Counted from the stretch's first letter, positions 12,823 through 25,683 are shown. The stretch: DNA of 64,000 nt from Octopus vulgaris (GCA_951406725.2 OX597824.1:30442001-30506000); one strand, 5' to 3'. Numbers and translations are program-made. The notes: generated by a model from the sequence alone, not told the origin.

Positions 12823-14904
12823 GACATGAAGAAAAGTTCAGAGCAAACTACATTCACTTTCAGAAATCTGGTACAGAAAATATTTTCCCTGGCCAAAACA
12901 GAACATGGAGCACTGAGAAACATTGTAAAGAAATAAAAAACATCTTCAGTAACATTCTGTTTTACTTTCTGGTTTATCACTTCAGTCAACAAGCAGTGTC
13001 CATTTGAATTTTAACAATCTGTTCTTAATGTTGATTTAACTTCACATCTATAATTTGCTACCTTGATTTTCTTTGTTATGCAAACAGTTTGACTTGACAG
13101 TTCCAGAAATTTTCCTTGGTTCACAATGATCTTTCAGTAACTAACTTAATGGTTGTGACATTCATACATTCCTAAAATTTCTCAGTTCAAACAAATAATA
13201 ACTGCTTCTCTCAAGAAAAAGGTTGAATTGTGACATATATTGTTGATTCGAACAGTTAATGTGTAACATATATGTACTGTTGGTTATATCAACAAAACCA
13301 AAGCAAGACTTTCCATAGTCTTGTAAGATGATTAGAAGCATAAAAAAAGAAAAGAAATACATGCACATATAGATTCAATAGTGGTTAGTGTCCTATAAGA
13401 TAGATAAGGTATCCAGCAGTAAAAGCAATTGTTGCAACACAAACTATCACAGACATCCTACTTAAAATGGGAATAGCATGAAAAATATAAAAATGTACTT
13501 CGTTGTTGATCATTCCTTTCAATTATAAGAAAACTAAAAAATATTCTATGAAATTATAGTAGTTTTGTTACTATTGAGAAGCTGTAGTCAGTTCTTCTCC
13601 AACAGAGTTTTAACAAAAATGTAGTAACCTACAAGATAACTATTCCAAATATACACATATAAGATAATCAATATAGCCAGAGCATGAATTCCACATAAAA
13701 CTGGACAAGTGTTGCAAAAATCTTGTATTTTAAATATCAAATGAAAACAATAGTTTGCATTTGCTCTGGACCTACAATGTTAGTGTCACATTCATATAAT
13801 ATCTGCGAAGTTTTAGCAGCTTACATTTCAAACTGACTGTGGAATATTAAATCTGTTAAACTAACTAAAGAAACTGCCACCTTAGATAATAAATAAAATA
13901 TTACTTTTAAGGAGAGCACTAAAAACCAAATGTAAATATTATTTCATACATCTGAAAGTGAATCGAGCTTTAAAAGAAGTGCATTATTTATTAAAGTTTT
14001 TAGTTTCAAATGCGTCAAGATAAAAGCTGTCATTTCAGGAATGGTAGGCCATGAAAACTATCAAAATTCTCTATCAGAATCAATGCTTAGATAGACCTAA
14101 ATGAAGAAAAACCAGAAAGAGTAAAAATAAAATGTAAGAATTACCTTGAAGACTCTTTTGTAAAGGAAACAGCCAGGAGATTATTTCAACTTGGCTTTTA
14201 GGTTGAAATAATTGAAAGATTGAACTTCATCATTTATAGTTAGTTTAACCTCAGCTTAACTGTTTTGAAGCTGGTATTGCATAATTAGATAGTCAAAAGT
14301 TATGGTTACAGCTTATATGTGCACTAATGTGTATGAATAAAATAGCAACTATGCCAAATTCTTGGAAAAAGCTAATCAAGAATAGTGCTATCAAATTAAG
14401 CTAATTGCTGATATGAACTGATGTTATTTGAAACATACAATTAAATATGTTAATAGTTGGAAATCTAACTGAATGTATCTTGAAAAATATTATTCACCAC
14501 AAAATACTAGAGAACAAAACAAATTTAATAAAAAGTGAAATAATTGTCAATAGAATGGCCTGAAATTTTAAATTAACATTTAACAGAGATAAGAGAGAGG
14601 GAGGGATGAAAAAAAATGAGAAGTAAAGGAGAAGAGAAAAACAGAGACAAAGGAGATAGAGGAGTAGGAGAGGAAAGAAGCAAGATTCTTTAATAATAGT
14701 TACAAAAAGGATCAATATACAAAAAGAACTGAACAGTTCCAGCTGATGCAGTGAAGAGACAAGTTCAGAAAATATTTGACAGTTGTGATAAAGTAGAGCA
14801 ATTAAGTAATTCATACAAATCTGTTTTGACAACATAATCCAAAAGATTGGTATAAAAAAATTATTACAATGTAATTCTGCAATTCTATTAAGGATGTCAG
14901 GGAG

Positions 14905-15030
14905 AAAGTGAGCTGTGTGGATATTCCGATTCGATCCCACTGTGCAGGCTCTCTGAACAGGTGTCTTCTACTATAGCCTGAGGCTGAAGAATGGCTTGAA
15001 AAATTTGGTTCATAAAAACTGTACAGAAAC
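14905..15030 (+). mobile_element. CORE-like SINE 5' fragment
   Basis: GCTGTGTGG..TTCGATCCCACTGTG..GTGTCTTCTACTATAGCC. Confidence 0.65.
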
Positions 15031-15536
15031 ATGTATGCATGGGGAGGGAGTGGAGCGGACACAATAGGAAAAGACAAAAATGCAACATCCCTTCCTTGTA
15101 TGACAAACATTACATTCCATAATGAAAAGCTAATTTTCAAATTTGTTCTCAATGTAACAAGGAAGACAATGGGAAAATTATATCCTGTCATATGGAATAC
15201 CATATCACAGCAAAACTTCCAGATGTGCAATGCAAGGATTCACACACACACACACACACACATAGTAGATAACAAAAGTTATAAGGATCTGGGGGAGGGG
15301 ATCTATTTGCCTGGTCTCAATGCATCAGTTCATCAGCAAATTACAATTAGAAACTAGGTAGTTTTGAATTTAAAGTTTTACTTGTTGATTTTATTACTTA
15401 CTACCTATATTAGAACATAGAAAAATGGTAGCTTTGCATTCTAATCAGTACTTTTCTTTGAATTTATTACAGTCACTAGCTAGTTTATCTTTTCATAAAC
15501 CACAGCATCTTATAAGGTTAGTTCTTGTAATATTAA

Positions 15537-15668
15537 AGTAAAGGCTATTTGCCAACATAATGTGGCTGTCCCAAAAGGGACGATGCTACTGTTGTTTCTT
15601 GGGGCTAAAACAGCAGTAACATCATCCCTTTCAGGACAGCCATATTATGTTGGCAAATAGCCTTTACT
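15537..15668. mobile_element. Palindromic MITE with TTAA TSD and AG...CT ends (Kolobok-like)
   Basis: TTAA|AGTAAAGGCTATTTGCCAACATAATGTGGCTGTCC ... GGACAGCCATATTATGTTGGCAAATAGCCTTTACT|TTAA; nearly the whole element is an inverted repeat. Confidence 0.8.
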
Positions 15669-16031
15669 TTAAGGAATTGTTACTGAATGTCTCTCTTTGA
15701 GAGATTTAGAAATAATAATATCTGTTTCTTGTAATACTAATATTGCTTTACCATATTTCTAACAAAGGAAACACTTGTATGTTTCATAGCATTTTCAAAA
15801 TCAATATGGAATAGATTCAGTAAAATCACTTTTATTTTGAACTAATTTAAAAGCCTCTCTCTGTGCAGACTTTTAAGCTAACTCCTACAGAGGGCTAACT
15901 GGGCCTGCAGTCCAAAACTAAAGAGAGTTAAATAGCATGGCTATAATATATCTATAATGATCTATATGCCCTGGTGGTGTTTGATCAGATGTTAAGGATA
16001 TGAGAGAATTAATTCTGTAATGCAAATCATT

Positions 16032-16183
16032 CTATTGTTCCAATTCCAAGTTAATTCCAACTGTTGGCCAAGCTGTCCCAAAGTTCTTATCTCTAACAAA
16101 GCAAATTTCATTTATCTCCCCCTTGACCTCTGACATCATCTGACAAATGCCAAGCAAGATGGCATGAATCAGCCAAGCTTTAC
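16032..16183 (-). CDS. Candidate phase-1 terminal exon (GKAWLIHAILLGICQMMSEVKG...ELEQ*)
   Basis: Acceptor TTGTTATTTCTTGTAG; open only in phase 1, which is compatible with exon 22769-22867; no recognisable homology. Confidence 0.2.
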
Positions 16184-16494
16184 CTACAAGAAATAACAAC
16201 TCAAATGCTTTTAAATCAGATCTCAATGCTGGATGTTCAAGAACCAAATGAAGGGCGGATTTTCAATCCTGGGATCATCCTGATTCTAAAAAGGTATATA
16301 TCCATGTAGAGCAAATGTAGACTGAGATACAGGGGTCCCAGACAGACAGAATTTTACTTTTATTAATACATCTATATTAATAAAAGTGAAAGGGACAATT
16401 TGGAATGAAATATAAACATTGTCTAATCTCCTGACCATATTATCCTAAATATTGTAACAGTTTCAATTAAAATAAATAAATATTTCATGTCACT

Positions 16495-16614
16495 GTGTTC
16501 AAGTCCCACTGTACAGTACTTTGGGTAAGTGTCTTCTACTACATCCCTAACTCAACCAATGCTTTATGAGTAAATTAGGTAGGCAGAAAGTGTCTATATA
16601 TAGCCTGTCATATA

Positions 16615-16656
<42 letters not shown>

Positions 16657-16860
16657 TATATTTTTGTTTGTCCCCCACTACAGCTTGACGACCAGTGTTG
16701 GTTTATTTATGTCCCCACAACTTAATGATTCAGCAAAAGAGACCAATAGAATAAATACCAGACTTAAAAATAAGTATTGGGTTCGATTTGTTTAAATATG
16801 TGCTTTTAAGGTGGTGCCCTAGCATGGCCACAATCCAATTATTGAAACAAGTAAAAGCAG
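16495..16860 (+). mobile_element. CORE-like SINE with internal (TA)n
   Basis: GTCCCACTGTA..TTGGGTAAGTGTCTTCTACTA..GAGACCAATAGAATAA..GGTGGTGCCCTAGCATGGCC. Confidence 0.8.
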
Positions 16861-18928
16861 AAAAAAAAACGAAAGTAAAAAGACTAATCAAAAAAAGTAG
16901 TCAAGATAAACATCTTTACTGATAAATGATATTAAAATAGTAACTGTTTATTTCTCACACAGAGGAGTGAAACAGAAAGTTGTGGAATTTATTTACCAAT
17001 AACATTATTAATGAAATGGCTTCCATAATAAATGAAAGCTAATTTTAGTGTAATCAGTTCAATAGGAGCTTGCCATTACAGCAAAGTTATTTGCTGCGAC
17101 AAGAACTATAAATACTGCATAATCAAAATTACTTAAGCACATTGACAAGGTCTATTTTTGATTTAGCAAAGTCTATGGTGTAAAGATACACAGAGACATG
17201 GTTAAATGTTGTCTGTAACATACACAGAGTTGTTATTTCCAAAATACATAGGACTTTTCTATTGTTGAAATTGGAAAACGGCTTTTGAAAAAGTTCCTGA
17301 AGCAATGAAAAAAGAAGTTGGTAAACAACAGAATTTCAATTTTAGAACAAGAACATGGTGCTTAACATTTAGAAATGCGTATTCATTATGAAGAGAATTC
17401 CCTCCTCGCAAACACACAACAGAAACAAGAAATAAAGGAAGAAAACAAGAAAAGGAGAGGCAATAATTAAAACCATAGAAAACAGTTGTAAAGATAGATG
17501 TAATGTTACAGTGTGATATGGCAGGCAGAGGCTAGAAGGAGCTACATAATTACATTAGAGTCAGTAAATATTAATGTAAAGTGAAATACAAGACTGGTTA
17601 TCTGTTTCATTTAGCAGTTACTCTCCCATGTCCAAGATAAGGTAGGTTATCACTCCTACCTCACCCTCAAACTACAGAATGTCACCATAGGAACAGAACA
17701 GAATTATGGCAAAATCTTGTGTAGCATGACAATGGACTAATGCCCTGCATTGTACCAACTAGACTACATGAGGAAGCAGATTATTGATTGCTGTAAATCA
17801 GTTACACAAATTTCACTTTCCAGTTATTCCCTTTTTTTTAACTCTTTAGCATTCAAACAGGTTATAGCCAATCTTAATGACACTGTCTCTGATAGTAAGA
17901 AAACTGCTACTGTATAATATAACAATTTGCCTATGTCTTAAGTTTCATGAACCAGCAAAGAAGAAATCAAATCAAATATAATATACTATGAATCTAAATA
18001 CAAACAAACTATCAGAAACATTTTTAAACTTTAATTAATAAAACCTACAGTACTAAATGTATTCAAATAACCAAATTAAATGTACATTTATTAACATTTA
18101 CCTCATAGACTCATTTAACAGTTCTCCAGCTGAAACTGTCTGGCAATTGGCAATTTCTATCACCTCCTGTCCTGTGTCATTGGTCAGCTCAAACCCAATT
18201 GGAAGAGAATTTTGCATTATATTAGCAAAGTTGAGAGAGTTAAACCAAAGATATTTGTCATCATGTAGTCATATTGTTTGCTGACCAAGCTGTTGCAGCT
18301 GGGTTTGAATGACTGACACACATGATCAAATAGTAAAGATTGTGGGCTCTGAATATTGATGAGTGTTCTGACAGACACTGAGCAATTTTACAATATGCAA
18401 AAAGATTGTACACTTGCACTCAGCCACTGAGGAAAACACAATCTTCTAAGATTCCAGCTGTCAAACATCTACAGACTGCAGAAACAGTTCTAGAAAACAA
18501 AACCTATCATCATAGCAAAGAACTGAGTACATTAATGCTTCATACACATAGACTTTTGAACACAATTTGATCTTTCAAAATTATAACCAAAACCTCAGTA
18601 CCATGAGAGCACTGTAAACTAAATAAATTATTTAAAGACAAAAAATTTTAATATGAGAATCAACATTGAGGATGAAGTTACAGAGAGTAGATTCAATAAG
18701 TGAACAATCTTTTTCTTATTGATAACCACAAAAAACAAAAGAAAAAGAAAAATAGGATCCTTTTATGATACACTGAATATGAAAGTATGCCCAATCTCAA
18801 GTTTCACCACTGACTCACAAGTTATTCTAAATGAAGAGACAAATCAACAGCTTTAAAGAAGATAATATATATCAAAACAACTGCCCATCTTGTTAAGCAT
18901 GCTTTCTGACTATCAATATCTTTATGTA

Positions 18929-19535
18929 AAGAAGCAAGCTGGCAGAATTCTTAGGATGCTGGGCAAAATGCATAGTGGCATCCGTCTTATATTCTGAGTT
19001 CAACTTTGCCTTTCATCCTTTCAGGGTCAATAAAATAAGTACCAGTTGAGCACTGGGATCAATGTAATTGATTTATCCTTTCCCTTGAAATTTCTGGCAA
19101 AATTTGAAACCAATATTTAAGGCACCAAGCTGGCAAAATCATTAGCACACTGGGGAAAATGCTTAGCTGCTTTTCATCTGTCTTTATGTTCCGATTTCAA
19201 ATTCCCTTTTTGGGGATGATAAAATAAGTACTAGTGAAGCACTTGGGTCGATGTAATCGACTTACTCTACCCTCTCCAAAACTTGCTGGCCTTGAGCCAA
19301 AATTTAAAACCAATATCTGTAAAGTGGCAAGCTGGCAGAATTGGTAGCATGCCAGGCTAAACACTTAGTGGCATTTCATCTGTCTTTATGTTCTGAGTTC
19401 AAATTCTGCCAAGGTCAACTTACCTTTTCATCTTTTCAAAGTCAATAAAATAAGTACCAGTTAAGTACTAGTGTCAATGTAATCAATTTACCCCTTTCCT
19501 TGAAATTACTGGATGTGCCAAATTTGAACCAATAT
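18929..19535 (+). mobile_element. Three head-to-tail Meta-domain-like tRNA SINEs
   Basis: Units of ~190-215 bp, each AAGCTGGCA..GAGTTCAAAT..(GCCTTTCATCCTTT)..ATAAAATAAGTAC..AAATTTGAAACC. Confidence 0.85.
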
Positions 19536-20038
19536 CTGTATGGTTATTCTCAATTCAGCCACAAAAATTTTTATCAAAAAATTAATGCTACAACCAAAAC
19601 AATATTAAGAGTCTGCATTATGAAGTAGAATAGTTCATCTAGAAGCAAATTTATCTGTTCTAATTTTGCAATCAAACTCTTAAACTGTCAGTGACGAATT
19701 TAAATCACAAGATTATTTTACTAGATAGAATATGACACCACAATATAGAATTACAATGGCTGTAAGAATATGAATGGAAATGATAACAGGAAATTTATCA
19801 TTTATGACTAAACAAAAAAAAAATTTTTTTAAACTGCAGGATTTCATAAATATAAACAGAAACATTAACACCGTGATTAATGAGCATGTTTTACTAATTA
19901 CTGTATTGTTTAACTGGATAATGCAATGAAGAGAAACTTCTCAAATGACTGATGACATCTTAACACTGGAAAATTAATATGCAGGATCAAAATAAGGCAT
20001 ATATTGAGGGAAGGGGCAAAAAAACTTGTACTAAAATA

Positions 20039-20700
20039 TAGGAATCCCTCATGATATGGTGTAATGAGTTCATCAAAATCTCAACTTAACATGAAATCAA
20101 TTTCCTATTGGTTTTTCATGAGGGACTATCTTTTATCTTACAGATCATCATCAACCTCAACTTGGGGTGGATGAAGAATATATCCAAAAGTGTTTGGTGT
20201 TTATGATGTATCATCTCTTTGTACAGCTCAGTGTAGTAATTGAGTTCATTGTAAACTCCTCCAGTAATTTTCATGTTATGTTCACAATTAAGATTGTTAT
20301 CAGCAAAAATTTGCAGACCTTCCACTTTAAGTACCACTCTTTTAGCAATATTCTTTACAATCAATTTAAGTGGAGTTAAGGAATTTCTGTATTCTCATCT
20401 GTATTTACAGTTTGCTCTTTTCTAAAAGCATCAGCTCCTCATTAGGTAAACTTTACAGAGCAACAGTAACTCAACCACGTTATCTTCTATGACTTCTTCA
20501 AACTATACATCATTTGCAAGTGTCACACAATATCTTTCTGAATTTGATGAAGACTTTTGTATGTGGAAAACTTAAGCCATGGATACAATCTGGCCATAGA
20601 GTTTTCAAGCACCTTTCAAAGTTGAGGGTTTCATTTTGAACCTTGACTCAACTGTGTCTTAACTGGTATGTCACACGTATTGAGAAGAGCACTGTCATGA
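20039..20700 (-). mobile_element. pogo/Tigger transposase C-terminal fossil
   Basis: Minus strand MKPSTLKGA*KTLWPDCIH (~20580-20635), FEEVIEDNVVELL..NEELMLLEKE, and KVEGLQIF..YTELYKE..QTLLDIFF (ORF 20116-20364) match the post-DDD tail typical of Tigger/TIGD proteins. Confidence 0.65.
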
Positions 20701-22563
20701 ATTTTCTTTCCTTTTTACCCCACTTTATTATGTTTACTTTTTTCATTTTTTATTTTTTCATTTTTCTCTATCACATGACTTTGTAAATGAACAATCTAGT
20801 GTGTTTATTTTAATGGCCTACCAATGTATACAGTATGTTTCTCTACCCTAGGTGTCAGAAGGACACTTGGCAAGAAATGAAAACAGAATTGAAAGAAGAT
20901 GCTAATGAAAGTAATAATAATAATAATAATTTTACTTTAAGTAGAAAAAGCTAGTGACATTACACTTTATGTTGGCATGGATAACACAGATGTGCAGTAG
21001 ATTAATCAATTTGGCTACAAATTTCCCTTTACTTAACAACTACCATGTCCCAGAGAGAAAAACGAAAGTTGAAAATCCCCATTCTCAGCTCCACTGAAGT
21101 TAATAAAGCTATTTCATCATAATACAAACATCTGACTATTAGACATTTCTAATTACAAGTAGTCAAACAGAGAATACAAACATCTGATACTGAAAAGCTC
21201 TTTTTCACAATACTCCAAAGCCACCCAGCATAGAAAAGTTTCCCAACATTTTGTTCTAACAGTGTACTACATACACAATATGTGAGCAGAGGAAGAGCCA
21301 TAAACTTACTCCTGTATAATAAAACAGTTGTTAAATTAACAATTCAAGGCACGTTTTTACTGGTCAAATGACTAAATGATCAGTGGACAAATGATGGATG
21401 GTCAAAAGACTAAATAGCTACCATGTTCCAGAACAATATTTCAGTTACCTTTCTATATATTAGATTAACTGAAATTGAAACTATTTTGTTATTTGCTAAC
21501 CAATAAGTTAAAATTTCATTTAACTAAATTCTGAGATTATCTAAAAATTAAGAACTTTGCATTTCATATTTGAAATGGAGTTATAAACATGCTTAATCCA
21601 ATTAGAATTAACCTTTAAATCAATCTGACTCCCATTTTTTTAAGCAGTGAAATATATTAAAAAATAATCCAATATTTATATCAAAAACATAATGAAAACT
21701 AATCTCAAGTTGGAACTGAACTAAAGTCATCTTTCTCTAGAATAATACAAAGTTATGACTGAATTAGTATGTTTATTTCTCTAAAATCCTCATTTTAAGA
21801 TGTTATGTGAAAATCTTTACAAAAATTTTAGCTGAGCTCTTTCTTTGGGATTTGATTTCATATTAAATGTGTAATAAATAAATGACAGAATATACTTAAG
21901 ATAAGATTTTACCACCCAAAGTATATTTTTTTAGCAGAGATGTTAATTTGTTTCACTTCCATTCCTCTCACGCCTACCAAATCTATTTCCAGACAGCAAA
22001 CATCCCTGTATGTTTACAATAATACTTGTTAATCTGCACAATGTCTAAGTTCTTTTAAAAACAAATTCTAAAATTTAAAAATATATACTTTTGATTAAGA
22101 ATTTTAAAATATTAATTAGTTTATATGCTGGTCTGAAAGAATGATTTAATGTAAATGCAAGAAAAATATAATGAAATTTGAGTAAAAATTTGAAAATTTT
22201 AAATGCTTATAAAATCTAAATAATAATAGTATAGATATAACTTATCAATAGATGAATACTCCATAACTGATTCCTGTCATTATACTGTGATCATATTAAG
22301 ATGTCTTAGTTGTTGGCATCATAAGAATCCATAAACTTTTGAAGGAATATGGAATAATTCTTTTTTCAGCCTTTGACTTTTTCTATCCCAAACAGTTTTT
22401 CAACCTAACATTTACATATTTTTATTTATAGCTTTATATGTAGTTCCAGAACCAATTCCAAATAAGAATTAATCCACATCCTTTTGAAAGTTTATAAATT
22501 CCTATCTACAACACAGAATTCTCACTGGTAAAAATAAAGTTTCTAAAATCAATAAATTCAAAG

Positions 22564-22634
22564 GACTGTTTCGTACAATGGTGAAATGCCTGTTATATCT
22601 ACAAGAGATGTAGGTTTGTGTCCCACAAGCAGTC
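22564..22634 (+). pseudogene. tRNA-like cloverleaf remnant
   Basis: GACTGTTT/AAGCAGTC acceptor-like stem, AATGGT D-loop, CCTGT-7nt-ACAAG arm, GTAGG-TTTGTGT-CCCAC T-arm; non-canonical loops. Confidence 0.4.
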
Positions 22635-22768
22635 TGACTTCTTCTATGAGAAAGAGTCTTTCAATCCAATATTTACATGCTATTATTTATAGCCTTATAT
22701 ATACTTCAAAAACCATTTCAAAGAAGAAAAAAAATAAATAGTGACATTCATTCAGATTTTACACTTAC

Positions 22769-22867
22769 CTAGACTGCTAAGGGTTGTAAAATGTCCTAAC
22801 GTTGGGACAAGGTAATCTGGTGTAATATGCCAAGGGACATTTTCAATAAATCCATTTAAAGATTTAC
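22769..22867 (-). CDS. Internal 99-nt phase 1-1 exon of an unidentified gene (GKSLNGFIENVPWHITPDYLVPTLGHFTTLSSL)
   Basis: Strong acceptor TTTTCTTTTTCTTTTCTAG, consensus donor TAG|GTAAGT, length a multiple of 3, open in phase 1, unique non-repetitive sequence. Confidence 0.65.
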
Positions 22868-23097
22868 CTAGAAAAGAAAAAGAAAACAGCTTTTAATACC
22901 AAGAAAAACATATCAAACATTTTGTGATGGACAGTTTTATTGAGTTGCTATGCTTTGCTTGAGTGAGATCAGTCAATGTTATAATTAGATGAATTTTTAC
23001 TCAGATTTAGAGATAAACTGGCCACAGAAAATGAAAAACATAAAAGGCTGAAATAAGTGATAGCAGTAAATGAGAGTTAATAATGTTGTGTGTGTCT

Positions 23098-23140
23098 GAG
23101 AAAGAGAGAGAGAGAGAAAGAGACTCTCTCTCTCTTTCTC
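23098..23140. repeat. (GA)n/(TC)n inverted microsatellite
   Basis: GAGAAAGAGAGAGAGAG...CTCTCTCTCTCTTTCTC. Confidence 0.85.
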
Positions 23141-23549
23141 CATATCCATTGGTTTTTAGGAATTATATTCAGAATGTTCAAGAAGCAATGGTTGAGAAAA
23201 AATTAAAGAATAGTTAGCTCCTAGCATATGAATCACAACTCAAACTGGGCTGTGGCAGAGTTCTGAAGTGTCAAAGGAAAACTCCTCAACTTTTGAAATA
23301 TTCAGAAAATGTAAAATGCTCATGCATATATTATACAACAAGCCATAGGAGTAAGGGCTACAATACAACATTTGCTGCATACAATACTGTGGAATACTTC
23401 TCCTTGATCTTATTTAAAGGGAGGTGCAGAGAATTATTGATTTGCAAAAATAGGTTACAATAATAACTTAGGTAATGCTTGGTCAGATTGACCAAACTGT
23501 AGAAGTATGAGAAAATTATTTGATACCCAAGCAATGGAATGAATGAAGT

Positions 23550-23790
23550 GAAGGCACATGGCTTAGCGGTTAAGTTGTTGCACTCAAGATAATGGATTTA
23601 ATTCCCAAACAGGGTGGAGTGTTGTGTTCTTGAGCAAAGCATTTCTTGTTGCTCTAGTCTACTCAGTTATAAATGAGCAACTCTGCAATGGACTTGCATC
23701 CTGTTCAAGAGAAATGTTATGATCTCAGTCATGTATATGCCATGCAAACCAGATAACCATTGCTATGAGTCCTAGGACTCACAACAGTAA
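23550..23790 (+). mobile_element. tRNA-derived SINE (V-SINE-like body)
   Basis: A-box TGGCTTAGCGG, TGTGTTCTTGAGCAAAGCA, CTGCAATGGACTTGCATCCTGTTCA; head similar to the 54500-54708 element. Confidence 0.6.
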
Positions 23791-23864
23791 TGTCCAGGGG
23801 CTGATGTTGATGAATGGAATGAATTGGGCAATGAAATGAAAGAACTAGTAGGGTAATGAACAAA

Positions 23865-24050
23865 ATGCTTTGCAGTGTTTCTTAAAGTTCTTTACATTCT
23901 GACTTTAAATCTTGTTAAGGTTAAATTCACTGTTCATCCTTCAAGGTTTGATAAATACTGAATATATTTTATATTGGGTTAAATATTGGCTTTGATAAAA
24001 TCAACTGTTCTCTCCTCCCAAATTCCTGGCCTTGTGCCTATGTTATAAAT
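23865..24050 (+). mobile_element. Meta-domain-like SINE (degenerate)
   Basis: AAAATGCTT..TTTACATTCTGA..TTCATCCTTCAAGG..AAATTCCTGGCCTTGTGCC. Confidence 0.6.
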
Positions 24051-24946
24051 TTTTATTATTACAAAATGATAATAAAATTAATATAAGTATATCTGTATTT
24101 TTATGGTTACAATGACTACTACAATGCAACTGTTTCAGTTTCAACACATGATTTCAATTCAAATCACTAGTCAAACAAGTACAACTCAAGAATTAATGTA
24201 TTTAAAAATGATAATCCTTGGAACACATTCAGAAAACAAGAGACAGAGACAGAAAGAACTATCAATGTATCAGCTTACAAAACTTTATTCAATCAAAATG
24301 GATTATAAGAAATTCAAGATGCAACAATTTGTTCAAACAATTCAGCTATCAACAAGACTATATATATGTTCCAATATATGCAGAGTGAAGTGCATTGACA
24401 ATAAACTGGTGATTGTAAAGCCAATGATTATGAGGATGAAACTACTTTTCTCAAGGTAATATAAGCAACAACAAAAAAGACCTATACTTATATTGGAAAC
24501 ACTTTCAAGCAGTCGCAGAGTGGATGAAAAATGCTTTATATAGAACATTAACTAAACCAAACAGTTACAAGTTAAAAGGACCACTTCTTACTATTTGAAA
24601 ATATTTATTACAACGTGCTATATAATGTTATAAATAGAAATCAATAATTTTCGTTAACATTTCTCTTGGGTATTAAAAGATAACAAATAAAGATTTTAAT
24701 GGAAGATTGTACAACACCAAAAATACAATTCAATAAAGTAATCAAATACAGGGAATGATGTTTCTATGTTTCAGTGGATATAGTTTCTAGATCTTTTTAA
24801 CACCCCCAAGCATATGAGTAGGCCTAGCTGATTTATATCTAGAATAACTGATCAATGCATTGCCTTCACAGGCTTAACCTCAATGGAATTATAAAAACAT
24901 TATACAGAGTAATGCAAATGTATTTTCAGAGAACTATACACTAAGA

Positions 24947-25087
24947 TTCTGTTGTGTCTGGGGAGAGTCATTTTCTTTTTGTGCCTTATAATGTAACACA
25001 CTCACCGGTAAAATTTCCACTTATTTCTTATTTTTATTTTCCTAAAATTTTTGTTGCATCTTGCAAACTTTTCTCTCAAAAACGAAA
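24947..25087. mobile_element. 141-bp insertion flanked by a 12-bp direct repeat
   Basis: TATACACTAAGA at 24935-24946 and 25088-25099. Confidence 0.7.
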
Positions 25088-25683
25088 TATACACTAAGAA
25101 ATTTCACTTAAAATGTTTTAATCAATTCATTATTAAATAGAGATGCTCAATAAATTCAAAGTTAGGGTTTCAGATTTTGGATATAGTAAGGAATGGAAGA
25201 TACACAAATTCCTCTGGATAAGACAAAACTCAATTGCAAGAAACACTCTTAAAAGATATTGTGCATTTTTACATATATGAATTGAAATGCATTCAAATGT
25301 CTAAAAGATACAGGAGCTGATAAATTACCCACAAAGTCATTCCCCCACCCTGTTATTAGTATATAGTGTATTTATGGAAGAAAAATTATTCCCTACACTC
25401 AATAATGAAATTATTACTGAAATGAATTTTAGGCTTCAGATTGGAGCAGAAATTAACAGCATTCAGTTAATATCTGGGTTTTTTTTTCTCTTTAGTCAGT
25501 CACAACATATATTTTATTTCAAAAATACTTGGGTAAGTCTAGGTAAAAACCTTAAATTTCAGGCATGGAAAACAAACATGAAATGATGATGATGATGAGG
25601 AGGAGGAGGAAGAGTAGGAGGAAACAAGATGCTGTGATGTATATGCCTTACCAAAAGGAGACTGAAGTTTGCTATTACTGATT

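Noticed and set aside
14494-15357. Cluster of 100-150-aa ORFs
   Set aside because: Low-complexity F/L/I-rich products from A-rich DNA plus a SINE fragment
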